Shown piece after piece: positions 1 to 15,314 of a DNA stretch of 64,000 bases. Both the position numbers and the translations under genes were made by a program. This DNA comes from Eledone cirrhosa (taxonomy: Eukaryota), in assembly GCA_964016885.1 (NCBI GenBank), contig OZ024746.1:84940001-85004000 (forward strand), read 5' to 3'. A model generated the notes under the pieces. The model worked only from the letters and a program-made list of their open reading frames with translations, did no database searches and was not told the DNA's origin. The first letter of the stretch is position 1, and the number at the start of each line of letters is the position of its first letter.

Positions 1-14
1 CACAACCTCCAATG

Positions 15-69
<55 letters not shown>

Positions 70-157
70 CAATACCACCACCAATACTGCCACCAACACC
101 ACCACCACAACCTCCAATGCCACTACCACCACCACCACCACCACCACCACCACCACC

Positions 158-191
<34 letters not shown>

Positions 192-467
192 TTACTACTA
201 CTACAACGCCTAGTCACGATAAATTTAAACATATCAGTTTTGACTTATCTATACTTGTATTTGTTCCCTTTTTTCTTCTTCACCATATCTGAACCCTTTG
301 AAACTGATACTTTGAATCATAATTGAATAAAATAATTACTTTATTTGCATATGATCTAACAGTTGAAATTGAAATTATATATTTGAAATTGATTTAGATT
401 ATATATACTGGATTTCATTAAATGTGAACCAGTACTTCAATTTAAATACAAAGCTCTCACATATATA

Positions 468-646
468 ATTGTTTCTACTATTGCACAAGGCCAGCAATTA
501 CCCCAGTACATTACTGGTACTTTATTTTATCGACCCCGTAAGGATGAAAGGCAAAGTGAACCTCGGCGTGATTTGAACTCACACCATAAAGGGGCGTAAC
601 TCTATGCTGCAAAGCATGGCGTCCGACCTTCTACTGATACTGCCAA
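468..646 (-). mobile_element. tRNA-derived SINE, major family of this window
   Basis: Reverse strand reads TTGGCAGTATC..GTAGA (A-box-like), GAGTTCAAATC (B box), core GCCTTTCATCCTTACGGGGTCGATAAAATAAAGTACCAG, tail GCTGGCCTTGTGC..TAGAAACAAT. The same sequence recurs more than 10 times. Confidence 0.9.
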
Positions 647-1450
647 ATATATAATATCCATCCATTCACATTCCCTTAAATCCTCAGTAAGTTAAGGTAG
701 TAGAATACACCCTTTAGCAATATGAGAAATAAAAGTAGCAACACTACAATCCCCATGGAGAGTCAAAAACCTAGAGATGTAACGAGGATAACCAATTGTC
801 GATTACACATACCAATACAGGTCCGAGCCGAGAGCATACAGCGCATCAACCACACATCCAGAAACCAACATAACTTGGAAGTAGACCCATGGAAAACACA
901 CATAAACACAGTACCGACAACACCAGCACAACAAATTCCAAACCCAAACACCCGACTGCCTCTAGATCTAGATATTTCTTGCTGCAATAACCCCAATGTA
1001 GCTAGTCGCTATACGAGGTGCAAGGCAGCCTCAAGAGCATTTCTGCATTCTAAATTCAATTAACTAAGATTATTCATGCAATTATACAAACAATCTCTGT
1101 AGCAGAATAATCCCCAAAGATCACAGAACCCTTATACAAATTTCAAAAGAAACCTCGGGACCCATAACCATATTTTACGGTAAAATATTAGATGAAACAA
1201 AAATCGTTTGAGATATAAAAATCCCCACCTATATATATAATTACTTTACAAGGACTTTACTCATTTACTTGGGTTACAATTTGACGTACTGATCATGTGT
1301 TAATTAGTGCGATTTTACGCAAGAAACCAATGGTAAACCATCTATATTGTATATAGTGACTCTCGCGCTCTTCAACTGACATAGGGCTCTCTTAACTTAC
1401 ACCCACATATACACATGAACATAAATGCTTTCTCTATATCTCTCTATATA

Positions 1451-1567
<117 letters not shown>

Positions 1568-1725
1568 GTATATAGTGTAAACAAAGTGTCAATGACTTAA
1601 CATGTATGTATAACCATTGGTAACACACACAGGTTAAGTGTATGAAATTTGTTTACCCTAAATAACCTCTCTTTCAACAGATCTAACAGTTTTTCTTGAT
1701 CTTTCATCTACGGATTTCTACCAAC

Positions 1726-1788
<63 letters not shown>

Positions 1789-2156
1789 GTATATGTATAT
1801 GAAAAGTGTGGGGGGGGGTAGATATTTCACCATTGGAATAAGTACAACACGGTGTTTCAATAAAGAGGAATGTCACAATTTACAGTCAGTTTGGATCGAG
1901 AGACGGGGAGAATAAGAAAAGAAGGAACAGAGTTCAATAGTGAGGGTCACCTGCTTACCCCACTTTCTGATGGTACTTATCAACCAAGGACAGATTTTCA
2001 CTCAGGACACAAGGAAACGTAGCTAAGTAAAGCAAATTTATACAGATGATTTTTCAGGATTATTAACTCAACTTTCAGCTATGAAACACGATTCTAGTAA
2101 GTATATCTCCACATTTCCAGTGGTTTTAGCTACGGTCAGCATCAAATGTTATAATC

Positions 2157-2594
2157 TTGGATGTTGTTACTGTGGTTGTTTAGCCCCATGTCAGGGTTTA
2201 TAGAGTGAAATACTCACAAATGGAGTGAATTGGATGTTGTTACTGTGGTTGTTTAGCCCCATGTCAGGGTTTATAGAGTGAAATACCCACAAATGGAGTG
2301 AATTGGATGTTGTTACTGTGGTTGTTTAGCCCCATGTCAGGGTTTAGAGAGTGAAATACTCACAAATGGAGTGAATTGGATGTTGTTACTGTGGTTGTTT
2401 AGCCCCATGTCAGGGTTTATAGAGTGAAATACCCACAAATGGAGTGAATTGGATGTTGTTACTGTGGTTGTTTAGCCCCATGTCAGGGTTTAGAGAGTGA
2501 AATACCCACAAATGGAGTGAATTGGATGTTGTTACTGTGGTTGTTTAGCCCCATGTCAGGGTTTAGAGAGTGAAATACTCACAAATGGAGTGAA
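2157..2594. repeat. 73-bp minisatellite, 6 near-identical units
   Basis: TTGGATGTTGTTACTGTGGTTGTTTAGCCCCATGTCAGGG... starts at 2157, 2230, 2303, 2376, 2449 and 2522. Confidence 0.95.
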
Positions 2595-2772
2595 GTAATG
2601 GTTGGTCTATTAGAAGAGAAACAAATATAAAATAAAGATGCCTATACATTAGTAACATTGAGTACCGTCTTTATCTGTGGTCACCTCCGGAGACCCTTCG
2701 TGAATCTCTCTCTGTCTCTCGCTCTCTCTCTCTCTCTCTCTCTCCCTCTCCCTCTCTCTCTCTCTCTCTCTG

Positions 2773-2892
<120 letters not shown>

Positions 2893-2971
2893 CATATATG
2901 TATATATATATATGTATGTAAATATATGTATTTATATATATATATACATATATACATAAATATACGTACAC

Positions 2972-3007
<36 letters not shown>

Positions 3008-3055
3008 ATTGGTATACATATATACATATACATATATACATATACATATATACAT

Positions 3056-3088
<33 letters not shown>

Positions 3089-3091
3089 TAT

Positions 3092-3215
<124 letters not shown>

Positions 3216-3456
3216 ATATACATGTAGATATGTAGTATAAGGCCATCATGTGTGAAATAATTCTGAAATATGGGGAATATTTACATAACATAAACTTGAA
3301 AACGATGTTAACTCATTAATGTTTATATTATTTTAATAAATACTAATATTTTAAAACGCCGCTATCATTATATGAGGTGTGTGTTTTTCCATGTGACTGT
3401 ATGTGTATGTGAATATGTACAATATATATGTATTTATATGTATATATATATATATA

Positions 3457-3526
<70 letters not shown>

Positions 3527-3599
3527 TATACGCACCTGTTTCTGTGTGTCAGTATTTGAGTGAGTATGATTCTATGTATGCTTAAATAGCTGCATGTAG

Positions 3600-3687
<88 letters not shown>

Positions 3688-4228
3688 GGGAGAGAGAGAG
3701 AGAGATGGAGAGAGAGGGGAATAGATAGATAAATAAAGAGATATATATGTACAATATATAGATATATACACATATTGAGACGTAAGTATGTATAAAGGTA
3801 TATAAGTTGACAGGTAAGTACACATATCTGTATATGTTTGTGAAGAATTAAACACAGGTATTTACTGGCAAAGTATGTTAAATATTGCATATCTACATAA
3901 ATCTATATAGCAATATACATCAATAACAACACTGATAAATAAGCATATATTAATATATATCACAGATATGCAATTTATCTATGACAAAATATCAGTTTTA
4001 CTAATATTATATATCTTTACCAACTCTATCGATATTCAAACACTTTTTGATTTGATTTCCCCCGTCCAGTCTCTCCCCCCCCCCTCTCTCTCTCTCTCTT
4101 TCACCTTCTCTCTCACTCACTCACTCTGTGGATATATTTATCTATGTATCATTTTCTGTCTTCCTATTTCACTTCAGACATATATGTATCAATACAAATT
4201 AAATACATACATAGAAATATATATATAT

Positions 4229-4309
<81 letters not shown>

Positions 4310-4350
4310 TATATATATGTACATATATATATATATACATATATATATGT

Positions 4351-4415
<65 letters not shown>

Positions 4416-4508
4416 GCTGTTAGCTTCTCGCTAAAACAATCTCTATACCTCTCATTTATATATATATATATATATATACAATATATTAACAAATGGAAAC
4501 TATATTTA

Positions 4509-4570
4509 TTTCATTATACATATTTCAAGGGCCACCAAGGCAAACTATGGTGCGCTTTCATCAGATAAAA
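4509..4570 (-). ncRNA. type I hammerhead ribozyme motif, family A (Penelope-like pLTR)
   Basis: Reverse complement: TTTTAT-CTGATGA-aagcgcacc..ggtggccctt-GAAA-tatgtaTA-ATGAAA. Stem I TTTTAT/ATGAAA, intact core, AUA cleavage triplet. Confidence 0.8.
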
Positions 4571-4767
4571 TATAATATAGGTTAGTTTTATAAATAAATA
4601 AGTATTGACATACCCTGAAAAAATGCAACCATTCTGGTTGGAATCTCCTGGATAGTATTGTATATTTACTCCAATAATTTGTTGAGTGCTTTATATCAGT
4701 TATAAAAATATTTTGCTTGTTGTATACCAACAAATTAAATATAACCTCTACATATATATATATGTAT

Positions 4768-4805
<38 letters not shown>

Positions 4806-4808
4806 TAA

Positions 4809-5082
4809 TTCAAAATATTAACAAAAATAGACATTCGTGTGATCAAGTATATTTTATTATACATATTTCAGAGGTACTGAGCTATTTTCAACAGCACGTC
4901 CTCATCATATAAATATTCACTACCATGACTGAATCTTAACGATCTACTATGTCAGGGTATGCCATGCATCATCTTGTTTTATCTGATGAGGACGTACTGT
5001 TGAAGGTAGCTCAGTACCTCTGAAATATGTATAATAAAATATACTTGATCACACGAATGTCTATTTTTGTTAATATTTTGAA
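4809..5082. mobile_element. fold-back (inverted) Penelope-like 3' end, ~100-bp arms
   Basis: 4809-4907 is the reverse complement of 4984-5082. Both arms carry a hammerhead motif, with the left core mutated to ATGATGA. The element is next to (TA)n. Confidence 0.75.
4977..5039 (+). ncRNA. type I hammerhead ribozyme motif, family A-related
   Basis: TTTTAT-CTGATGA-ggacgtactg..cagtacctct-GAAA-tatgtaTA-ATAAAA. Predicted cleavage after 5033. Confidence 0.82.
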
Positions 5083-5445
5083 TCAATATTAATAACTCCG
5101 GAAAAACCAAGACTGTTGAGTGCTTCCAATCTATTGTAAAACTTATTCTCTGATCTATTCATTGAACCTTGTTTACCCTTTAAAATATGTATATATATAT
5201 ATATATATACATATATGTATATATATGTATATATATATATATATATATATAATCATTATTATTATTAGAATTTTATTATTATTATTATTATATACATACA
5301 TGTGTATATATTTTTATGGACTATACTTAGGATATATGAAGCCTATTAATCATGATTGTAAAATTTATTACATATATAAATGTGATCATATTGGTGTGTT
5401 TATATATATATATATAAGTACATGTACGTATGTATGTATATATGT

Positions 5446-5546
<101 letters not shown>

Positions 5547-5563
5547 AATATATATATATGTAA

Positions 5564-5595
<32 letters not shown>

Positions 5596-5600
5596 TTATT

Positions 5601-5632
<32 letters not shown>

Positions 5633-5702
5633 ATATAGATATATACATATGTGTATGCAAGTATATATGGATATAGATATATAATATGTATATATATACA
5701 AA

Positions 5703-5733
<31 letters not shown>

Positions 5734-5743
5734 CGCGGGGAGG

Positions 5744-5796
<53 letters not shown>

Positions 5797-6160
5797 ACGT
5801 GAAAGTCAAAATTGCAAGTTTCTCGCGCTATGTCATGCAGAATTACATTCATGGTTTGGAATACTCAACCACTTTGTAGGAGATGTTATTAGTAGGCTAA
5901 TCAGTCAATAGAACATTTGAAAAACTAGATGTTAATATGTCGTTCTCGACAGGAGAATCCACTACATATCTATGTATGTACGTATGTATATGTGTATGTA
6001 GAAAGACACATACACACACACATATATATATATATATTTATATATTTATATATATATGTGTGTGTATATATAAATATATATGTGTGTGTAAGTGCGTGTA
6101 AAAGTCTGTCTGTGTGTGTGTATAAATATATATATATATGTGTGTTTGTGTATGTGTGTG

Positions 6161-6250
<90 letters not shown>

Positions 6251-6590
6251 CGTGCGTATGTGCGTGCGTATGTGCGTGTGTGTGTGTAATATAGTGTAAA
6301 TCCAATAAATTAGTAAGCTAATATATTGTCGGCGTATTGCTCTCTTTGCAATAACAATAACAACAACGGTTATGATAATAATAATAATAATAATAATGAT
6401 AATAATAATAATGATAATACTAATTCTCATTTCTCATTAATCTCATAGCAGACATTATCCATGTCGTGTTCGGTATTTTTATTAACCTCATATTCCAGCA
6501 TAATATAAACTGTTTAGGGGATATCAATTTCAGAATTGTAACAAAACATTAAAACGAAGTATATTAGATTTTTAAAATTACAGGCATTTG

Positions 6591-6639
<49 letters not shown>

Positions 6640-6759
6640 GCGCACACATACCTTCATACATATATACCTACATTAATATATATATATATATATACATTAA
6701 CGAAGTAGAGTTTAAATATTTTTCATTATGGCCAAGTGAAGAGTTTTGTGACGCAGGTG

Positions 6760-6848
<89 letters not shown>

Positions 6849-7099
6849 GTTTATATATATATATATAATAAAAACAAAATTACTAAATATTAGAGAGCTT
6901 TGTTGATTACTTAATAACTGACAAAAATTAAGCTGTTGCAGTATATATTCATAAATATTTGTATGTATGTATATATATATATATCTATATACTTGGCCAT
7001 AATGAAAAATATTTAAACTCTACTTCGTTAATGAGTGCACACTTTCACGTCCATTAATATATATATATATACATACATACATACATATATGGTGGCTGC

Positions 7100-7660
7100 C
7101 AACTCGTTTTCGTGTACGGCCACTACTTTATATCCATGTTAGAGAACCCCTACCGATGCGCTGAACGACTGACTTTTTAGTCCAGCCAGCGATTTGAAAA
7201 CTCTGGTACAAACACTACACTTGTGACAATTATTGACACATAGTGCTGGGCCCATGGTACCATGTGACGACAAGTGCAGAGAGATCTCCAGATATACAGC
7301 AATGCCTGTGCCGTGAAGCTTTTATAGTGAGCAAAGGCACTGCACAAAGCCAGTCCCACTCTCTTAACCAAGATGATATTTACCAAAAAGAAGAACAAGT
7401 CAACATCATTGGATACCATCAGGGTTGCAGGTGTTATATCAGAGTTTTCCTTCTCCTAGAATTCTGCCTTGACAAAGGCTAAGGGGTCATCTCTCCCGGT
7501 GATTTTGGATGGCCATTGACTCTTAAGAGCTCCTTTGCCCTTTGACAGGTTTTGTTTTTAGTCCTGCAGGATGTCCAAAGTCACCCTCCTCACCAAGAAA
7601 CCTTGGTTGGGTTGCCAGTTTAGTCGCCAACGACCCGACCATGAGACAGGTTGTACTGAG
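7100..7660. mobile_element. interspersed repeat, possibly RTE-associated SINE or LINE 5' region
   Basis: GC-richer island among microsatellites. AGTTTTCCTTCTCCTAG...TGCCTT..CAAAGGCTA resembles RTE-associated repeats from memory only. Confidence 0.3.
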
Positions 7661-8079
7661 ATACATGTTACATACATATATACATACATACATACATATA
7701 TACATACATACATACATATATACATACATACATACAAATATTTATGAATATATACTGCAACAGCTTAATTTTTGTCAGTTATTAAGTAATCAACAAAGCT
7801 CTCTAATATTTAGTAATTTTGTTTTTATTACAGTTAACTAAATAAATTTTTTTGAACCTTTCATGCATTTCCTCACATATTTAGGGAATTTGATTTATGT
7901 AAATATATATATATATATATATATATACATATGCAGAGGTTATATTTAATTTGTTGGGATACAAGCTAAAATATTGTTATAACTAATATAAATCACTCAA
8001 CAAATTATTGGAGTAAATATACGATATATTAACAAATGTTTCAGTGTATGTCAATATTTATTTATAAAACTAATCTGTA

Positions 8080-8141
8080 TTTTATCTGATGAAAGCGCAT
8101 CATAATCTGCCTTGGTGGCCCTTGAAATATGTATAATGAAA
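8080..8141 (+). ncRNA. type I hammerhead ribozyme motif, family A
   Basis: TTTTAT-CTGATGA-aagcgcatc..ggtggccctt-GAAA-tatgtaTA-ATGAAA, inside a TA-flanked element at about 7935-8185. Confidence 0.8.
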
Positions 8142-8183
8142 TAAATATGGTTTTATAAATATAGTTCCATTTGTTAATATATC

Positions 8184-8259
<76 letters not shown>

Positions 8260-8359
8260 GCCTTGTAATATACTTGTTATTTTACATTAAGTTATTCTCA
8301 TACTTGTAATTGGATAAGATTTAATATTACCCACATTTTATATACGTATATACATATAT

Positions 8360-8447
<88 letters not shown>

Positions 8448-8642
8448 CAACAAAGAAATTGTGGTAAGGAACCAGATGGACCATAACGCACCAGAGTACT
8501 CAATACTTAGGGTAGTAGAGTTGGAAATAGGAAAAAGTATGACCCTGACGGCAGAGCTCAAGCCGTTTCGACGGCTATTTCTGGACAGTCCAGAAATAGC
8601 CGTCGAAACGGCTTCAGCTCTGCCGTCGGGGTCATACTTTTT

Positions 8643-8645
<3 letters not shown>
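8448..8645. mobile_element. family D fold-back element with the 3' half of a hammerhead
   Basis: Hairpin centred near 8587 with GAAA-cggc..gccg-TC-gggg. (TA)n on both sides. Other copies at 24441, 27066, 39499, 58459 and 60232. Confidence 0.7.
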
Positions 8646-8682
<37 letters not shown>

Positions 8683-9855
8683 GTGCCACAGCTAAATTTA
8701 TATTTATTATGAAAACATTTCATAAAATGACAAAACGAAAGAGAAAATGTAAATTGTAAGGAAAAAAACTAAATAACGAAAGGCGTGAGGAATGTGGAGG
8801 GCTAAACTCTAGATCCTTGTCTGAATGGTATACCTGCGGAAAAGATGACGATTGCATTGCCGTTTATCCGCTGTATTGGCAGCCAGAGATACCTGCTCTG
8901 TGGCCCATTCCATCTTGCACGGCTCCTCTTTCTACTGTTATAACTCCCTCCTGATTTAGTTGAGCACATCGACATCCTGAACACCAGGGAAACCGACAGA
9001 AAACCCAAACGGTCTGTCAATCCTTGGTATCTAATCAAAATTTGAAATATTTTCATTCAGTTTTCGAAACCTGCTTAGTGTCATTTCGCTTGAAGCAAGT
9101 AACCACGGCTCAGATCTGCTTCTATTCTATTTAAATCTGGTTCACTTAATCTCTGGTCATATGACATTGATAATGATACCACATGTTTCAATATTTTTTT
9201 TATTTTTATTTTCAGTATATATATATATATATATTTCATACTTATGCAAATTCTGTTTTACTCTACTCATTCTCCCTAATTTTTTTCTTAGAATGATGTT
9301 AAACCAGGCGACGGTTTATGTCCACCACCCAAGCTTCAATGGAAGAATAAGATATATTAATAAATTATTCACTCAGAGAAGAATTAAAACATAGTTACAC
9401 CATGCGGTCTACTAGAGGTATGGTATGTATGATATATATTCATCTTGTCCCCTTGGGAGGATTACGGCACCTTGTTCACTATGCAGTCTAGCAACGAAAT
9501 GATATGATATATTTTCAACTTGTCCCCTTATTTCTAATGAAGACATTTTAATTCTTCCAATATTAGTTATTCCATTGTCTTGGAACTCTTGATGTTGTAT
9601 CTTGAGTTGCAGAAACCATGGTCGGGGTATTATATTAGTTAAAGCCGACCATTTTGGTGGCCGATTTTACTTATATCTCACAAATATATATATATATATG
9701 TATATATGTATATATATATATATATATATGTAGGAGGTGAGTTTTATTGTAGTACAATAAAGCAATGCAGATATCGGATAAGAAGCACTCTACAGTTTGT
9801 AGGACTGGAGTATACATAATATAAGATCAAAAGATGGTTAAAGGAGTTCCGTGTA

Positions 9856-9922
9856 TTTTATTATGCGCATTTCAAAAACAAACATCATCATGCAATAATA
9901 TTTGTGTTTTCATCAGATAAAA
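9856..9922 (-). ncRNA. type I hammerhead ribozyme motif, family B (inverted copy)
   Basis: Reverse complement of 9993-10059, core intact. Confidence 0.8.
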
Positions 9923-9992
9923 CAGGAGAATATGTTGATTTAAAACTGCACTATCCACAAGTGTTTTTTAGCCTTCATATCATGTTCTCCTG

Positions 9993-10059
9993 TTTTATCT
10001 GATGAAAACACAAATATTATTGCATGATGATGTTTGTTTTTGAAATGCGCATAATAAAA
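9993..10059 (+). ncRNA. type I hammerhead ribozyme motif, family B
   Basis: TTTTAT-CTGATGA-aaacacaaata..tgtttgttttt-GAAA-TGCGCATA-ATAAAA. Stem III is the palindrome ATGCGCAT. It lies in an inverted repeat 9818-9935/9980-10100 that ends in (TA)n. Confidence 0.82.
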
Positions 10060-10091
10060 TACATGGAACTCCTTTAACCATCTTTTGATCT

Positions 10092-10139
<48 letters not shown>

Positions 10140-10609
10140 TTTATGTTGGATGGTTCAACTAATGGGTAGAGCTAGTGATTCCGATTAGCAGATCGTGATG
10201 CAATAGGCAAATGCACTCGATGTTATGCGTATCATCCATCAAAGATATGGTATCTCGTAGTTGGTGCTGGAATGGAGTTAAATACTTCAATGAAAATAGA
10301 AGGCCGAATTCCAATATATTTCCTTTAATGTTACAAAATTACATAATACGTATTTCTATGAAAGGCTAATGTCATCACACCAAAATTAAAGACAATCGGT
10401 GACTTAATCAGATGTAATGGACATAAAAGATTTAAAAGATTTAGTTCAGTAATCCCTACGTAAACCAAGAATTGATACTGAGGCAACCTGGCTAGCGATG
10501 CGATCACTACAGATGTCATCCCTTCATTACATCTGATGATGTTCCCGATTATCTTGTGTCAGGGTTTAATGACGTAAGCAGGCCATAGAAATAGATATTA
10601 TGTAACTGT

Positions 10610-10691
<82 letters not shown>

Positions 10692-10804
10692 ATACACATG
10701 CATATATATATGTGTGTATGTGTATGAGTGTGTTCAGTAGTTATCACCTGTTGTGGATATACGTGTATATGAAACGTACAAATCTGTACATGCGCTTATG
10801 TGCA

Positions 10805-10845
<41 letters not shown>

Positions 10846-10979
10846 GTGTGGTGTGTGTACGTGTGCGTGCTAGCACCCAGAATCTACATGAGAGACGGTC
10901 AGTGAAATTCTCTTCCTCAAATGTGTACTGCGTGTGTATGCATTAGCCCATACTAATGTATGTAGCTATGCAACTATTT

Positions 10980-11010
<31 letters not shown>

Positions 11011-11116
11011 CAGCAGCAGCAACAGTAGTAGTAGTAGTAGTAGAACTCCGATTGGGGCAGGTGTAAGATCAAAACATCCCAGCCGTGCCCTGCCTGTTTA
11101 TTTTTTTTTATAAATA

Positions 11117-11288
11117 ATTGTTTGTATATTTGGCACAAGGCCAGCAATTATTCCAGTGTATTACTGGTACTTTATTTAAGGATGAAAGGCAAAGTCAACC
11201 TCGGCGGGATTTGAACTCAGACCATAAAGGGCCGTAACTCTTTGCTGCAAAGCATGGTGTCCGACCCTCTACCGATACTGCCAATCCA
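11117..11288 (-). mobile_element. tRNA-derived SINE
   Basis: Same family as 468-646, with an internal deletion. Confidence 0.88.
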
Positions 11289-11558
11289 CATAGTGATCAT
11301 ATTCTACAACATAACTTCAAATGTTTCAGGCTGCGATTCAAGAGAGATTATATCTAGCAGGTTGAGCAACCATGTAGAGTCTTGTGAGTGCATGTGAGTC
11401 TCTTTGTGAGTATGTTTTCTTTCTACACACATGTATGCATATGTGTACCTATATGTAAATATGTTGCGTATGTGTGTATATGTATATTTATGAATGTGCA
11501 TGTACGCACATGTATATGCACCTGTCCGTATATGTGTTTCAAGTGACTATATACAGAT

Positions 11559-11730
<172 letters not shown>

Positions 11731-11921
11731 ATACAAAATCTGCATGCATGCGTGTAAGCAAGTTTATACATGTATAAATACGTTACTACAATGATGTGTG
11801 TGTGTGTGTGTGTGCACATACGTGTGTGAAAGTTTCAGTTTACAGATATAGAAAGCAAGTATACAATTAAATCATGAACATAACATATTTAGATAAGTTA
11901 CAGAACATTTCTGAAAAACGA

Positions 11922-12076
<155 letters not shown>

Positions 12077-12137
12077 TACAATGATATTAAATAAATGGAA
12101 ACTATATTTATAAAACCATATTTAATATCATTGGTGG

Positions 12138-12385
12138 ATTGGCAGTATTGGTGGAGGGTCGGACGCCATGCTTTGACGCATAGAGTTACGGCCCTTGCCA
12201 TTCTGAGTTCAAATCCCGCCGAGGTTAACTTTGCCTTTCATCCTTACGGGGTCGATAAAATAAAGTACCAGTAATACACTGAGTAATTGCTGGCCTTGTG
12301 CCAAAAGTAGAAACAATTATTAATAAAATAAAGTACCAGTAATGTACTGGGTAATTGCTGGCCTTGTGCCTAAAGTAGAAACAAT
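12138..12385 (+). mobile_element. tRNA-derived SINE with duplicated 3' tail
   Basis: Full SINE followed by a second AAAATAAAGTACCAG...TAGAAACAAT tail. Confidence 0.9.
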
Positions 12386-12616
12386 TATTAATATCATTGA
12401 AAATTATTTGATATCATTGAATATTATACTCCAGAAAATTTGTCGAGTGCTTCTAATCAGTTATAAACATTTATATTTATTGAATTACCAACAAATTAAA
12501 TATCCCTTTCGCTTATATATATAACGAGAGAGAGAGAGGGGGGGAGTGAGAGAGACAGAGAGACATATATTCAAATATATATGTCGACACACACAAACAT
12601 ATATATAGACATACAT

Positions 12617-12687
<71 letters not shown>

Positions 12688-13182
12688 ATATATATATATA
12701 TATGCATTCATATACATGCTTATACATACATATATAGATGCATGTATATAGATGGAGATATAGCTTTGTAAATGAATAGTTAGATAGATAGATCTGGTAT
12801 TACAACCTAAACGACAAAAAGGACTCAACGCCACAGCAATGGGTTTTACTATATTGAAGGTGACCCAGTAGTTTCTTATTCTGTAGTTTCCCCAGAGAAG
12901 AAACACTGGACTTGTTTGATCCTGTCTGATAAACCAACCACACACCAAGAAATCTCCAGAGTAATCGGCTATTGAATTAGCGTAAATAAACAATACATAC
13001 ATAATTCATAAATACATACATACATACATACATACATACATACATACATACATACATACATTCATACATATATACATACATACATACACACATACATGCC
13101 TACATAGAGACATACGTACATTATATATATAATAAACAGACGTTTATGAAAGGTGGTAGACAATACGAATGCATTATACAAT

Positions 13183-13286
<104 letters not shown>

Positions 13287-13796
13287 AATATATATAATCA
13301 GGTAATATAAAACAGATACAGAAAACAGATATGAGACAGATAGAAATATTTTTCTTAAATTAAGAGGAGAAAAAAATAAGATAATATAAATAAATATTGA
13401 CAAGAGTTTAAAAACAGAATTTAACAAAATAATTGTCTATTTGTTTTCCAACTTTACGAAATGTTAGGAGAAAATATATTTGTTCAGTCGCATGGAAAAA
13501 CCAGGCATAATTAAAATGGAGAACAAGAAGGAGAATAAAGAAAGCCATCAAAAACAGACAAACAGCCAGGCATACATCGAAACACGTGTGGAAGTGAGCG
13601 TATATATAGAAATATATGTGTATATATATATATGTGTGTGTATGTGTGTGTATGTGTGTGTATGTGTGTATGTATCTATATATAGATACATACATATCTA
13701 TATATATCTATATATATATGTATATATATATATAAGTGTGTGTGTGTGTATGTGTGTATGTATGTATGTATGTATATATAGATACATACATACATA

Positions 13797-13839
<43 letters not shown>

Positions 13840-13867
13840 ATGTGTGTGTGTGTGTGTGTGTACATAC

Positions 13868-13931
<64 letters not shown>

Positions 13932-14012
13932 CATTATATATATATATATATATATAAAGATATATATATTTAGATATACATATATATACACTCACACACA
14001 CATGTATATATG

Positions 14013-14102
<90 letters not shown>

Positions 14103-14543
14103 TATACATACATATATATATATGACTGTGTGTGTAGATTCCCGAGTTGTGTCTAGGGGTAACCACCACAGGTAATTATTTCACAGGTATTGCGCTATTA
14201 TTACACTAGGCATCTTTATTATATATAGCAATGAGTCCTACATAACTAGAACTGTTTCACTCGTATGAAACCGCCAAATCTATTTGGCAGTCATTAGAAT
14301 GTTGGATAGGATGCAAAGCAATCTTCGTTCCAGTTATCTTCTCACTGAGTTCATATCCCGCCCAGGTTGCTTTTCTTTCATCGTTCAGGGGCCGATTGTT
14401 CCTCTATATCTCTGTCTCCTTTAACCCCATCCCTCTGGTGAGGCAAGGGGCTCCACCAGGTTTAAGCATAATGTCCACGAAACGCCGTATCTCAATACAG
14501 GGCTCCTACAATATTTCCCACGAGTGACAGGTCCATACATATG

Positions 14544-14614
<71 letters not shown>

Positions 14615-14671
14615 GTATATATACATAAAATTCTCTTCTTTTTTTTATATGTATATATGTATTTATGTATA

Positions 14672-14759
<88 letters not shown>

Positions 14760-15107
14760 TGTTATATTTGGGGAGGGTCATATTTGCGTAATATTGCCAG
14801 AATTAATAACAGAACACACTCACTGTTTGGTTGGTTTTCGCTTCTCGCTGTCTTTTATATATATATATCTGCGATCTAACTTACTCGGTCCTCAATGTTG
14901 CCATTGACTGACCGGCGGTCAAAAATAATACAGATACAATATAGACACAAACACATATATATAGTTTACATAATTTACATAAATCTTTCGTTGCACATCT
15001 GCAACATCGTCAGTGGTGTTATATTCATTGTTCCTCCTGTTGTGTTGTATGTCTACGCCATTTTTTTGTTCAGTCTGTCTATATATTTATTTATTTATTT
15101 GCTTGTT

Positions 15108-15314
15108 CGTATATACGAACATGCTAGACAACAACATGACGGTAACATAGACAACATAGAAATTAGAATAATATCTAAACATAGGAATGACCCAGCAGAT
15201 AGGCAAATCAGAGAGGCCAGTGAAATAGAAATTAGAAGACCAAAGCTAAACAGAAAGAATGAGTGGAACAACAACAACACCCAAACAAACAACACTGACC
15301 TAAGAGAAGTATAA
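15108..15314 (+). pseudogene. C-terminal fragment of a Penelope-type GIY-YIG endonuclease
   Basis: RIYEHARQQHDGNIDNIEIRIISKHRNDPADRQIREASEIEIRRPKLNRKNE follows the R..EH / H / R.I.EA..I....P.LN..E pattern of PLE GIY-YIG C-termini (recognised by eye). Confidence 0.75.

Noticed and set aside
722-1063. 113-aa non-repetitive ORF (likewise 8802-9056 and the 57560-57900 island)
   Set aside because: No recognisable domain or convincing splice signals. These may be old transposon remnants.
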